Below are positions 53,024-64,000 of a DNA stretch of 64,000 nt, one piece after another. This stretch comes from Tubiluchus corallicola (lineage: Eukaryota > Animalia > Priapulida). Numbering within the stretch: the stretch's first letter is position 1; every line of letters begins with the position of its first letter. Made by a program: the position numbers and the translations under genes. The stretch covers positions 230,907 through 294,906 of the forward strand of contig JAQGDQ010000025.1 in NCBI GenBank assembly GCA_030141605.1, in the 5' to 3' direction. Under the pieces are notes generated by a model. The model was not told the origin of the DNA, did no database searches, and saw only the letters and a list, made by a program, of their open reading frames with translations.

Positions 53024-56000
53024 CTAATGATCCTTTTGATCTAGAAATGCTTGAACAGACCGCCATAGAGCTGTAATGTTGCCAGCACCAAATCCAGTTG
53101 CTCCACAACGCTGGATCAATTCCAAGAAGAATGTGTCGCGGTCAAATAAAGGCTTGGTAAACACTTGCAGCAAGTACCTAAAAATTACACAGAATAAATA
53201 AATTGTAGTTATTTTAGCCAGTAGGTTTATACAAACTTGTAGCACACAATCAACTTTTTGAAGTCACGAATGCATATTACATGACAAAAACTACATTATA
53301 TCAATTTCTTGAATAACCATTATTGTTCCTAGATGGAACCAAAGATTACTACAAAATAAACAAATAATCCGCCTAATGATTTCAGGTCGATCAAAACAGC
53401 CCACGATGATGGTTGTGAGAATACTGACTTTGCTGGCACCGTGAGCCAGGCATTCTTTAACTGATGGAATTTTTGGCCTTTTAATAATTTTGTGGGATCT
53501 GCTATACATAGGCACTGAAATTAATCAAAGACTTCAGTAAGATTTCAGTATTTAGACGATTTTACATCAAACAAAACTGTAAATAAACCGGAACCAAAGA
53601 TCGTGACACTCGTGCAATCTAAAACAAAAAGAAATTATGCCATGTAAATAAATAACTAAGCCAGTAAATTAAATCTAGGGTATTTTTGCTTTTTATATCA
53701 ATATTTCCACATTACGTGCTTTTCAAAAATACGAAGCCAGAATTATAATAATAATTATACACAATCTCGGACCAAGATTGTTGATGCCAAATTTAGTACA
53801 CTTCTATTCAAATTAATTTTTTGCAAATAAGTTTTTTGGGAGAAAACAATTTAAATAGAAGTTTATTGACTTTAGTGTCAACAATTTTAATCTAAGATTG
53901 TGCATATTATAATTTTGGCTACATATTCTTGAAAAGGATGCAATGTTGAAATATTGACGCAAAATCAAAAATACACTAATTTTACTGCGACAAGTGCTGT
54001 TTATCTATTTGTTTACATGGTGTACAATTCAGAACGAAAGCTACAGAAGCATTCCAAATAGCTAAAGCGACAAAAAAGAAACTAATTTAAAACTTCTTAT
54101 CTTGTGCAGATTTTTGCAACTTACCGCAGCTCATTACTAGAACAGTGATGTTCACCCGAGTCAGCTTCAGTATCTAACAGTATTCCAAACTGTTTTAGTT
54201 TTTCAACATCCATCTTCGTATGCTGAATCTCATGAAGCTTGCCAATCTAAACACATAAATGCTGTAAATTAACACACTTGGCATATCCACACTAGAAAAA
54301 AACTAAAGCACCCAGGCCAATAAAAAATTACTCAGAAAAATCGTCCAACGCGCTCCAAAACCCATTTAGTATCCAACTGAACCGGCTAGTGTTCCGAGTT
54401 GCTCTCGCAAACCTACTCAAATTCCAAATGCTTCAATTCCATTGCTGTGAACAATGTTTTTTATTACACTGAATGTCCCTATTTTAATCGGCAATTCCCT
54501 ATTTTAGCCCAAATAAACTGGTCAGTTAATGTTCAATTGACCAGGGGTGTTACCGAAATCGAAACCATACCGTATTTTCCCGTGTATAAGAGACCCTTTT
54601 TTGCTCAGAATTTTCACTTTAAAAATAGGGGGTCTCTTATACATGGGAGTAAGTCTTTTCAATAAGATGCATAAATTGTGACACTAATGATTTTAAAGAA
54701 ATAAGTGCTCTACAACTGTTTTGCGTGTCGCGTTCGACTATGAAGCGGTTGTAAGCAATACAAGCATCGTGACACAGGCATTATCTCCTCGTTTTCTCTT
54801 TTCCTGTTACAGGTTTGCAGGTACGCACTTTAATATATACCAGTACTCTTTTTCTACAACACATTAACTGGTTTTATTTTGTTTTCAGTACCGCACTGAG
54901 TTGAAAAAAGTTGTACTTTACCCTCTAAAAATGTCCGTCTGAAAAAACTTTTTTCCAGAATTTTTGCCTAAAAATTGAAGGGGTCTCTTATACACAAGGG
55001 TCTCTTATACACGGGAAAATACGGTACTTTTGCAAAAGCAAATAATGTCAAAACCGGAAAAAATTCTGAAATAATACACTTTGCTTTTGCTTGTTTGCCT
55101 ACGTTTGCTCTATGTTTGCTCTATGATACAAGCTTGATGAAGTAACTAGGCAAAAAATCCTAACCAAAAAAGTAGAACAATGTTTATGGTTAAATATCAT
55201 GAAGCTGCAACGAAAAAATTGACAAATTTCATTGTGTAAATATTTTGTAGCCTACATTCCACGAATTATAAAATTAAGCTTGGTTTTATTCAAATTATGC
55301 TTTGATATTTCGGTTGATTGTGCCTGGAAACCTTGAAGCCTCACAATCATCAGCAATGAAAATATGCCGCATTGTCGTAAAAAGCATGCTACAAAAGGTT
55401 AAATAAACGATATTTAAGCTTTATTTGAACTATTCTAGCCAAAATTTTTCAGCGATTATTAACATCTAGGAAAAAGATAAGCTGGATAAATACTACGAGC
55501 AAAATGCTACCGAAAGTCTCGAAACTTAACCGAGTGCAATTATCGACAAACCGAAACGAAATCTTCTTTTCGGTAACATCCCTGCAAGCGATTTTGTTAA
55601 CTTACCAATCTGACCTCAAAAAAATAAGTAGGAACTAGGTCATCAACAAGCAGATGATACTGAATGTTGATAGTGGTAACAACAAACAAACAATACCGAA
55701 TGTTTTTTGTTTGCGCACTTAATGGGTTTTTAGCACAGTGCAAAATGCTAGTAAACTATACGTCATTGTAAAGCAGTTGGTGTTATGATCTACCAGGACA
55801 ATATGATTAATCGATTGTTCAGATCTTAATAGTCCCTTGCATTATTGTGTATTTTACAAGCCAGACAGACCAATTAATGTTTTGAAATGGCATTGAAAAC
55901 CATTTTTAAAGTGGTCCCATCTTTGCAGTAGCTTTACTACAGTCTTTCTGGCTACCTTTGAAAAAAGTCAATAACTACCTTGGTGTAGTACGTCACTGGC

Positions 56001-58331
56001 GGTTGTAGGAAGTTGACGCCACACAAAGTCATTTTACTAGCACTCTTCATTATGTCATCTGTGTGAAGACCTACATGTTGAATTCCTGGACCGCCATGCT
56101 GTTCTAAAAACGTGTTTACTTGATTTGTACCTGAATAAGAAAAAACAGTTTTAAACATATAATAACTAAAGTATTAAACTTTGACTAGAAAGCAAATGTA
56201 TATTTGAATTTTTTATGCAGACTTTCCAATGCATATGTACAGTGCCATAACGTTAATTCAGCACGCTTGAATTGGCTAGCAAAGTGCATTCATTAAAATG
56301 TCTAATTTCTACCCTATGAGATTCCTTACCCTTATCAGATAATGGCTCTGCAAAAACTATTTTAATATCATTATCGGGAGATTCTGATGGCTGGCTAGCG
56401 ATCATGGTTTCTTGGCAGTTCAAAGACTCCAAAGCTTTTAGCCGCAAGCCAAAATCGTTTTCTTTGACAGTGAATCCATCTTTAATGTCCTCCTCTCTGA
56501 AAAATGTTAAAACAAAAATTGGCATGTAAATGATCAGAATTAATTACTGTTGTATAGTAACGTAGAATTAATTACTGCTGTACAGTAACATACAACAATG
56601 GGTGTAGCACAATAAAACAAGAAATTTGCAAAAGTTTAATTAATAAGGCACGTTAAATGCAAGTAATACACCTACACCCTTAGTACCTTTAGGATGTACA
56701 GCGAAACTACTAGGAAAGTGCATATAGAACAATTTCTGTGCAAAGCTAACAGGTTTCCGTTCAGTAGTGAATAACTAGCAAACAGCTTTTAGTCGGATTT
56801 TAAAACTTAAAACTAACATCCAAATGCCAGCAAGAACAGCGATGAAGATTAGCAGTTGCTCTCAAAATCCCTCATTTGAACGTTACATCCTCTCTTGTAT
56901 GGATTAGACACAGCTTAGCACTCAGTGCCAGATGCTATTGTTTAGAAGTTTTTTCGATCCATCATCTATCCATTTAATAACCAGCATTGCTTAACTGTCA
57001 TAACCTAGCACACATCCTGATTCTTAGCAAAATGACTCAATATTTATATTCATAGTACACGGTTTACGTTTACTTTGTTGAGGATCCATTTAAAACACTC
57101 TGCAGGATTAGTGTCTCCGGGCAACTATCTACATTAAGTAGGCCTGTCGTTAAGTGCTTATCATTCTGAGTTCATACCACGTGGCAAAGTTTCTAATAAA
57201 AATATGCACATGCAGCTAAAGCCTCCCTAATCAGTGTAAACTTTGCATGTGGGTAATCACGCCTCCACAGATGATGTGCCTCCACAGAGATAATTTAAAT
57301 GTGTACATTGTAACTAAACAAGTGCATTCAAAGCTTCAATTGCACAGAGCAGCAAACACAACACTTCATGATGGGATGGCCCAGCCACCAAATGATGAGA
57401 TGTCTAAAAATGTTTAAAATTCTAAAACCTCGCAATACGCAACTTTGTTCCAACAACGATTTGTTCTAAACAGCTGTAAAAAGCATCAGTTTTTTATGGA
57501 AAATCCAAAATGCCAAGAATTTATTGCATTTGAAACAAACCACGACATCCCTGACTATTAATTCAAGTTGCAATTTATTAAAATCTGTAAGTATTTAGCC
57601 CACTGTCCTGTAAAAACTAATGTGCATGTAGTATACCTACACATGTGGTAAACTCATTAAATAGTAACTTTATACCTGTTAATTAGAAATCTTTTCATGC
57701 CAAAACATTTCTCGTACCACGACATTGCATCTGAGGATGACCCACGAGGACAAGCATACGTGACATGATCAAAATGAAATTTTGGCAAAACATCCACATA
57801 TTTTTTATCATCATCATCATTTTGTGTAAGATCAAACCCAGGAAGAAATCCTGAATATTGCGAAGTGTCAATCAGTGAATGCACAATGTTACCGATGCCA
57901 GTGTGGACAAGTGCAAACGTTATGGTACCGTTCGAGTCACCAACTGTGGTGGGTGGTGTAAGAATGCATTGTCTATTATTTGAAAACTTGAGGATATTTT
58001 CAATGACACTAAACACATTAGCCACTGAAAAACATATATTAAACACAGAATCGATTGGTTCTCTTGAAGCGCTGATATGCATAAAGCGATGTAGGTTTCC
58101 AAATGATAGACCTAATTTTTCATGTGGCACTTTATCCTGGCACTTAATAGCTTTATTACGCTGAGATATTATAAACACGGCATTACCACTTCGCACAGCC
58201 CACTGCTTTTCTGAAGGCACGGTACGTGTAGCAAATAATTGAAATGTAAGCTTTTCTGTAAACAATCGCACCAAATTCTCTCCATTTCTAGCATATACTC
58301 CAAAATGATGCAAACGCATGGAGGCAGCCAT
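53024..58331 (-). CDS. HPDL: 4-hydroxyphenylpyruvate dioxygenase-like protein (5 coding exons, ~416 aa)
   Basis: Exons 58331-57676, 56496-56330, 56130-55979, 54246-54125, 53177-53024, GT-AG and in phase (1251 nt). N-terminus [11 protein letters not shown]. Iron-ligand motifs [14 protein letters not shown] and FFLELIQR are present. The C-terminus [15 protein letters not shown] is HPDL-type rather than HPD-type. An acceptor at 58379-58381 implies an upstream UTR exon. Confidence 0.9.
54542..55584. mobile_element. hAT-like MITE (same family as 11780-12570) in an HPDL intron, carrying a nested insertion
   Basis: Termini CAGGGGTGTTACCGAAA / TTTCGGTAACATCCCTG. The 3' ~250 bp are homologous to ~12300-12570. 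The TSD is degenerate (CAATTGAC / CAAGCGAT). Confidence 0.75.
54570..55024. mobile_element. Tc2/pogo-like MITE nested in the hAT-like element
   Basis: Perfect 27-bp TIR CCGTATTTTCCCGTGTATAAGAGACCC / GGGTCTCTTATACACGGGAAAATACGG with TA on both sides, plus internal repeats of GGGTCTCTTATACA. Confidence 0.9.
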
Positions 58332-58729
58332 GTTACACATGTGAGCAGCGATGGTAGCGACATCCACTTGTCCTAACTCTATGGTAAAAAAACATGGCCT
58401 TTCTAGTCACATTGATAGTACCCAAAAACAAGGCAGAAGTCACACTGCCACAAAACTCATAATAAAAAATCCTCTCAAAGTGCTAAGTTGTTAACACATA
58501 AAATCTCAAAACTATTTTCAAAAATAGTTTCAGTGTATGGTCTTAGAGATGTTTTAATGTTTTAAATAGGTTTTATGACATTTATGATGAAATTATAGCA
58601 AGTTAGGTTTATTAAAGAAATTACTTTCATAGTGAGTTTGCTTTAATTTATTTCAAAATGGCGACCTCAATTAATAAGTCACTGTTAACGAATAACGATT
58701 GCATCTGCTTGAGTTCAGAAATGGTGTGA

Positions 58730-58830
58730 TCTCTACCAGAAAGCGAATTCGAATCTAATTTGTGACTTTCGAATTCGAATCAAACTTCAGTATTTCGAAT
58801 TCGATTTGAGATTGAAAGATTCTTGAACAA
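58730..58830 (-). repeat. TTCGAA-rich dispersed repeat fragment, inverted relative to ~3320-3416
   Basis: CTACCAGAAAGCGAATTCGAAT... is the reverse complement of ...TTCGAATTCGCTTTCTGGTATAG at ~3395-3416. Confidence 0.65.
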
Positions 58831-61281
58831 GTTTTCGAACCACCAATAAAAATCTCTACAACTGTTATTTTGATCAACACTGCATAACTAACTAATGAGA
58901 CTTGTTCAGTTTGACATATGACACTATACATCGTAACTTACTTGTGAGAAAAAACCATAATGTTATATAATATATATAATTCGACCTATAATTGCTGTAC
59001 TTGTACTTAATTATTATTATATTATATTCTTCGAATTCGGTCATACATAGTGACGATATACTACCTTATACAATGATCACAAGCCAAAAGATTGTCTTTG
59101 AAGAGACTGAATCAAGCTTCACTCAACCAACAAAAATTCACAAGGAAGTGTCTCTAAAAAGACGAAAAATGATTTTCCCTAGTGCACTTACTGGTGGTAG
59201 ACACTGTAAGACACAGATTGCAGCTGTGGTACGCAACATGAACTATCATCTAAGATGTGTGACAGCATTGATCCCCTAAACGAGCAGTAATGGTGGAATG
59301 CTTAAAAACTGTTTAAGAAAAGTTGGTTATTATTAAAGCAATACGTTAGTAGTGCAAGTGGGGCATTATGCCGCAACATTTACCAATATTTGTAACATAC
59401 ATAAGTCACCTCATCTAATTCAACTTATAGAGCTAAAAGTAAAAGTTAACAAGTCAATACTTCTATGTTCAATGAATAATGCAATAAAAAGTGAAGTTTA
59501 GAACCTATGCTGCTCTCCTAAACTGAAACTTGCATTTCTTGGCAATTCTCCTGGAAATAATTGTCATCTTGGCAACATTGCTCGTACTTTTTCTGAGCAG
59601 CTCTCCACTTTAACTGCCTCTATCCGACTTCTATGGCCCTCGAGCTTCTCAAGCATTTCGTGCGGTCTGTCTTTCGTTTATCATTATCGCCGTGACATCG
59701 TCCGATATCAGTCTTCCACCAATCATTCTACTAAACTTGCATTTGAAATCTCCAAAATTATAGCATGGTAGAAGATCAGGCAGAAGAGCTTTATTGCTGC
59801 AAAGAAATCACTGCATCTGTAAAGCTGTCATTGCCGGCTGATGCTTGTAGCTATAACTTTCCCGTGGTCGATGTTCTATAACAAAGAGATTGGTAACTGT
59901 ATGGCAATGAAGAGTTGAGCAAAATTGGCCTACATTTCGGTCACTATGTGCTTAGCATTTGGCTATCTCTTATAACAGCAAAAAATTGTTAATTAAAAAA
60001 ATTGGAAACTAATAACCTTGAGACAGACAGCGTATTTACTAATTTGAAGGCTCAGCTTATGTCATCTAGTTGGCTGGGGGGAGATTTTTCCAGTGCTAGG
60101 ATTATTTGAGTTTTTTTTGGCTTGGAGAAACTGATAAATCTGACTGTTTCTAATCTTTCCAGGCACTATACATCTACACAACTATTACTCAAACAATATG
60201 TCCCTGTACTACTGCTAGGCAAATTTTAGTTGCAGTAGTTGTACTCATGCCAAATCTTGTATGGCCTGAAAAATACAAATAATAATAATAATACACAATT
60301 GACCTTAGTTCTCGCGGTATATTTCAGTGTATTTTCTGCCTGTGTTTGGAGCCGCTTTTGTGCGCAACTGAGGTGGAGGGGGAAGACAAAAAGAGAGCTA
60401 GTTGGTCATTGTGAGGTGGACACCGCTGGTTGACTGATGTTCTGCGATCCATGTATTCTGTAAAACTTACACGGTGGGTTGAGCTGTGTGTAACCATCAA
60501 GGTTTAAATTTACTAATAACTGAACAGTTTTACATTTGGCTATTCACATTTTTCTGGGCAAATAATGAAGAAATGCTGTTTAGTGTTGACACTAAATAAA
60601 ATGAGCTTGAGTAATGGGTCATCCGTGGGCCCATTGCCGATGCATTCTATTACAAATTTGGTTTAAGATATGACTATTGCAATAGAATGCAATGAGTATT
60701 CCTATATAAACTTATGAAAGCTGTACTTTTCACGTTCTTAAATATTCTGTAATACATCCATGCATTGGCATTGGTCCGAGTTTCCCACTAACTTGTTGCA
60801 TGCATTGTTCTACCATTGCACATCTCGGCTACTCGTGCTTAACTGCTCAGAAATCAGAAATTTTTAAGTTCAGAAATTTAATGCGACTTTTATTATTTCA
60901 TCTGCAATTATTGATGAAAAGAGTCATATTACTCAAAATCAATCATGGCTAGTGTTAGAAGAAAGTATATATAATTAATTTTATTAAAAAGTTGCAGGTA
61001 CATTTCCACAACATTTACGTAGCACAAAGAATGACAATCCTAATAGCAATGATTATTAAATGGTTTTATATAGTATGAATTCCTGCTGCTAACTTTTGAA
61101 ATTGAAGTCTGGACTGTCTGGTGCAGCAAGTAGCACAAAAAGTATTTTGCTAGCGTTCTGATGAAACAAAAGTAACTCCGTATTAATTTACAAAGTAAAA
61201 ATTTGTTTTATTTACATAATAACCTGCCAGTAAGCAACACAATGGTTTATTTCTAGTAACAAGCAAAATCTTAATCAAGTG

Positions 61282-63267
61282 CTACAATTTTAATTTAATG
61301 CCTGAAATTTGCTTTGCCGATTTTTTACCAGGTCCTGCTTTCTTCTTCTTGATTTGGGTTGATACTTCTTGCTGAAGCTGAGAGAAGAACTGCTTTGATG
61401 AAACCTGAGCAACCTTCTTTCTTTTCTTATCTGGTTCCTAGATCAAAAATGCAAATTTCCAAATGCTGCTCAATGCAAATAAGTTTGTGAAAAAGAAATG
61501 TGGTGGAAGTCATATTTCACTAGTTTCTCAAATTCTCGATCAGCTATACATACTTAGATGGAACCTGCTTCTCACAAACTCATTGCACAATAACGGTACT
61601 GCATTGCACAGTATTGTACCTCAAGTAATCACCAATTAGCCTAGGAATAAACTTAATATTGTCAGTTGTCAATTGCATCACAGCACTTCGATTCTACTGT
61701 TTTCAAAAGTTATCCAAATACTCAAGGACTGTTTCTGCCATAAGAAAACTTTTCAAGGCAGTGACGTAATCACAAACTACGCTCGAAGGCTGTTATATAG
61801 TACAGTACGTTAGCAAAATAAGGTAAGACCTGTAAAACATCCAGTATACTTTTTGTCTTTGCAAAGCAACAAATTTGACAAATACTAACCTTGATAATAG
61901 TAGTCCTCTCCTGTTTCTCTAGTGCCTTCAATGCTTTTTCTTTAGCATACTTGTTGCCTAAACCCGGATTTACTTTGTCAATCAATTTTTGACGCTTTTC
62001 CTTTTCTAATCGCCGAGCTCTCTTAGCTGCCTTCCTTTCTCTCCGCTCTCGCTTGCGATCGGTGTCTGACTTTTCTGTCGAACCTTTCATTTCTTTCCTT
62101 GATTTCTCTTTAACTTCCTGGGGAGCTAACAGTGTTGCGTTGCTAGCTGTTACAGGTGCCACTTCTTCGACTGTTATTGATGGCAAATTTGACACAATCT
62201 TCACTTCTGGGACAGCCTAAACAGTCAAAAGTAGCCAAGCAGATTGAGAGAGTATATTCACTAGTAAAATTATACACTTTACAGGCAGTTCTCAGCAAAA
62301 TAGTAAATAACGAGCATTTATTGTGGTAGAATTTTAAAAAGCAGCAAATATTTACTATGCAGGATTCCGATGTACAGTGAACAGTTGCTATAAGAAGAAT
62401 TCTGCATTTTCTCAGTTTCAGATGTCTTTCATTTTTTAATCGCCGGGCTCTTTTAGCAGCCTTCTTTTCTTTAAAAATTGAAATAGCAAATAATTTAAGA
62501 TTTAAACACTTAATTTCTTATCAAACCACTGCCCTTATACAACATTGCCTTATATCCAACTAGTTAAAAATATAAAGTACCACATCTAGCCAAAAGCACA
62601 TAAAGTTAGCATTAAATTGTCTACCTCTTTCGGAGTATAATGGAAGTTTGAAAGAGCGTCTAGTTTCTGAAACAATGTTGCCATCATGTTTTTAATTTCC
62701 GCATGTTCCGGTTTTTCTTCCTCCTCTGTTTCACGCTGGAATTCAAAAAGAAACTATATATTAACGCCTGAAAACTAGTCATAAAACATGACAACAGATA
62801 AACTAGTTACTTTACTGTTTTTTACAACTAATAAAATGTTCAATTGGTACATGGTCTTTATTAGTTACAAAAGAACTGAACACTTTTTCGATAAACTACC
62901 CTGCTGGTTGGGGAAGCCTATGGATAATCATTTAAAATGACTAAAGAAAAAATGCTTCTACTGCGAACAATTTCATGGAGAAGCAGATCGAACAAAAACT
63001 GACAAATACCAAGTTGCTATTCAATAATAACTGTAAATTAACATGCATTATTCACCTGTAACTGAGTCTGTTTGATATATTCCTGCTCGTATATTTCTCC
63101 TAAACTAAGTTTGCTCTTCTCTTGATCAAGAATAATGTTCTTTTTGTACTCATAGGGGTCGCTCTTTGGTTTCTCCTTGCGCTCGACATCATCCCAAGCT
63201 TGGTCTTTGATTCTTTGCTTAATGATGTCTTCCAAAGTCTTGGTGGTCTCCTCTGTGATTAGAGGAG
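61282..63267 (-). CDS. MPHOSPH10: U3 snoRNP protein MPP10, last four exons (gene continues beyond the window)
   Basis: Exons 63267-63056 ([30 protein letters not shown]...[18 protein letters not shown]), 62735-62625 ([16 protein letters not shown]), 62216-61890 ([15 protein letters not shown]...LLAPQE...[12 protein letters not shown]) and 61437-61282 ([10 protein letters not shown]...KLKL*). These are hallmark Mpp10 motifs. Confidence 0.95.
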
Positions 63268-64000
63268 CTGCAAAATATTTAAAAAATGAAAAATAACACG
63301 TGACCCAGAAATTAAATTTTTCTGTTCATTTTTTTCTCGCAGTTGTCTGCTTCAAACACTGTAGAAAAACAGTTCATGTTATAAAGCCGGACTATCCAGC
63401 ATTAGTTATGAGAATGTTTTTAGTAAAATAATGAGCCACTCAGGTTATGACACAATAAGGACTGTTCTGCAAATTTCATAAATGAAGGTAATTCACGACA
63501 ACTGCAGTAAAATGCTCATTACTACAAATAGTATAATTCCTGGAAAATAATTATCCTGTGAACATAACTTTTATCTTTCATATCAGGATCAGGGGTGCTG
63601 TTTTTACGGAGACAAGAAAACCAGCGATGACGAAAATCACAATTTTTTCGAAAAAACAGAAGTCTGATTTTTTAATTAACATTTAAATAGATTTTTTTAC
63701 TGTAACTTTCATATTAAAGGGCAATGAGTCAATGAGTTTTATGAAGTGATTAGGCAATGCATAATGTATAGTTTTTATTTTTAGTAGGCTATGCGATAAT
63801 GCCACGAAATAACAAAATGAAGCAAACATAAACTAAAAATATTTTGACATTGTATCATTCAGTATCAACATAAAAAATGGTAAACCACACATGACATTTA
63901 AAGTTTTAATATCATAAACAATGCTAGATTAAAACTAGGACCCAATTTAGGCTTGTTCTTGTAAATAAATCCTTATATACTAGTGTTGAAGAAGCACGGA

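Overview
AT-rich, intron-rich animal (invertebrate) genomic DNA, not prokaryotic; I cannot name the species. Hand-splicing at GT-AG sites gives five protein-coding loci. (1) 5613-15784 (+) and (3) 35640-51090 (+) are diverged paralogues with the same exon architecture. Both encode SAP domain, acidic tract, two atypical nucleolin-like RRMs, a conserved helical segment and an RS/RG/GY low-complexity tail, and I cannot assign them to a named family. (2) 18575-30095 (+) lies between them and encodes a probably secreted PAN/apple-like + F5/8 type C (discoidin) protein. Its exon 2 appears frameshifted, and its introns hold three large minisatellites, one built from the exon-2 splice acceptor itself. 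(4) HPDL is at 53024-58331 (-), with five coding exons. (5) The 3' part of MPHOSPH10 is at 61282-63267 (-). Introns and intergenic DNA contain hAT-, Tc1/mariner-pogo- and Kolobok-like non-autonomous elements (two nested insertions), a decayed tRNA-derived SINE and microsatellites. No CRISPR array, rRNA or intact tRNA was found. All exon coordinates were read by eye and need RNA-seq confirmation.
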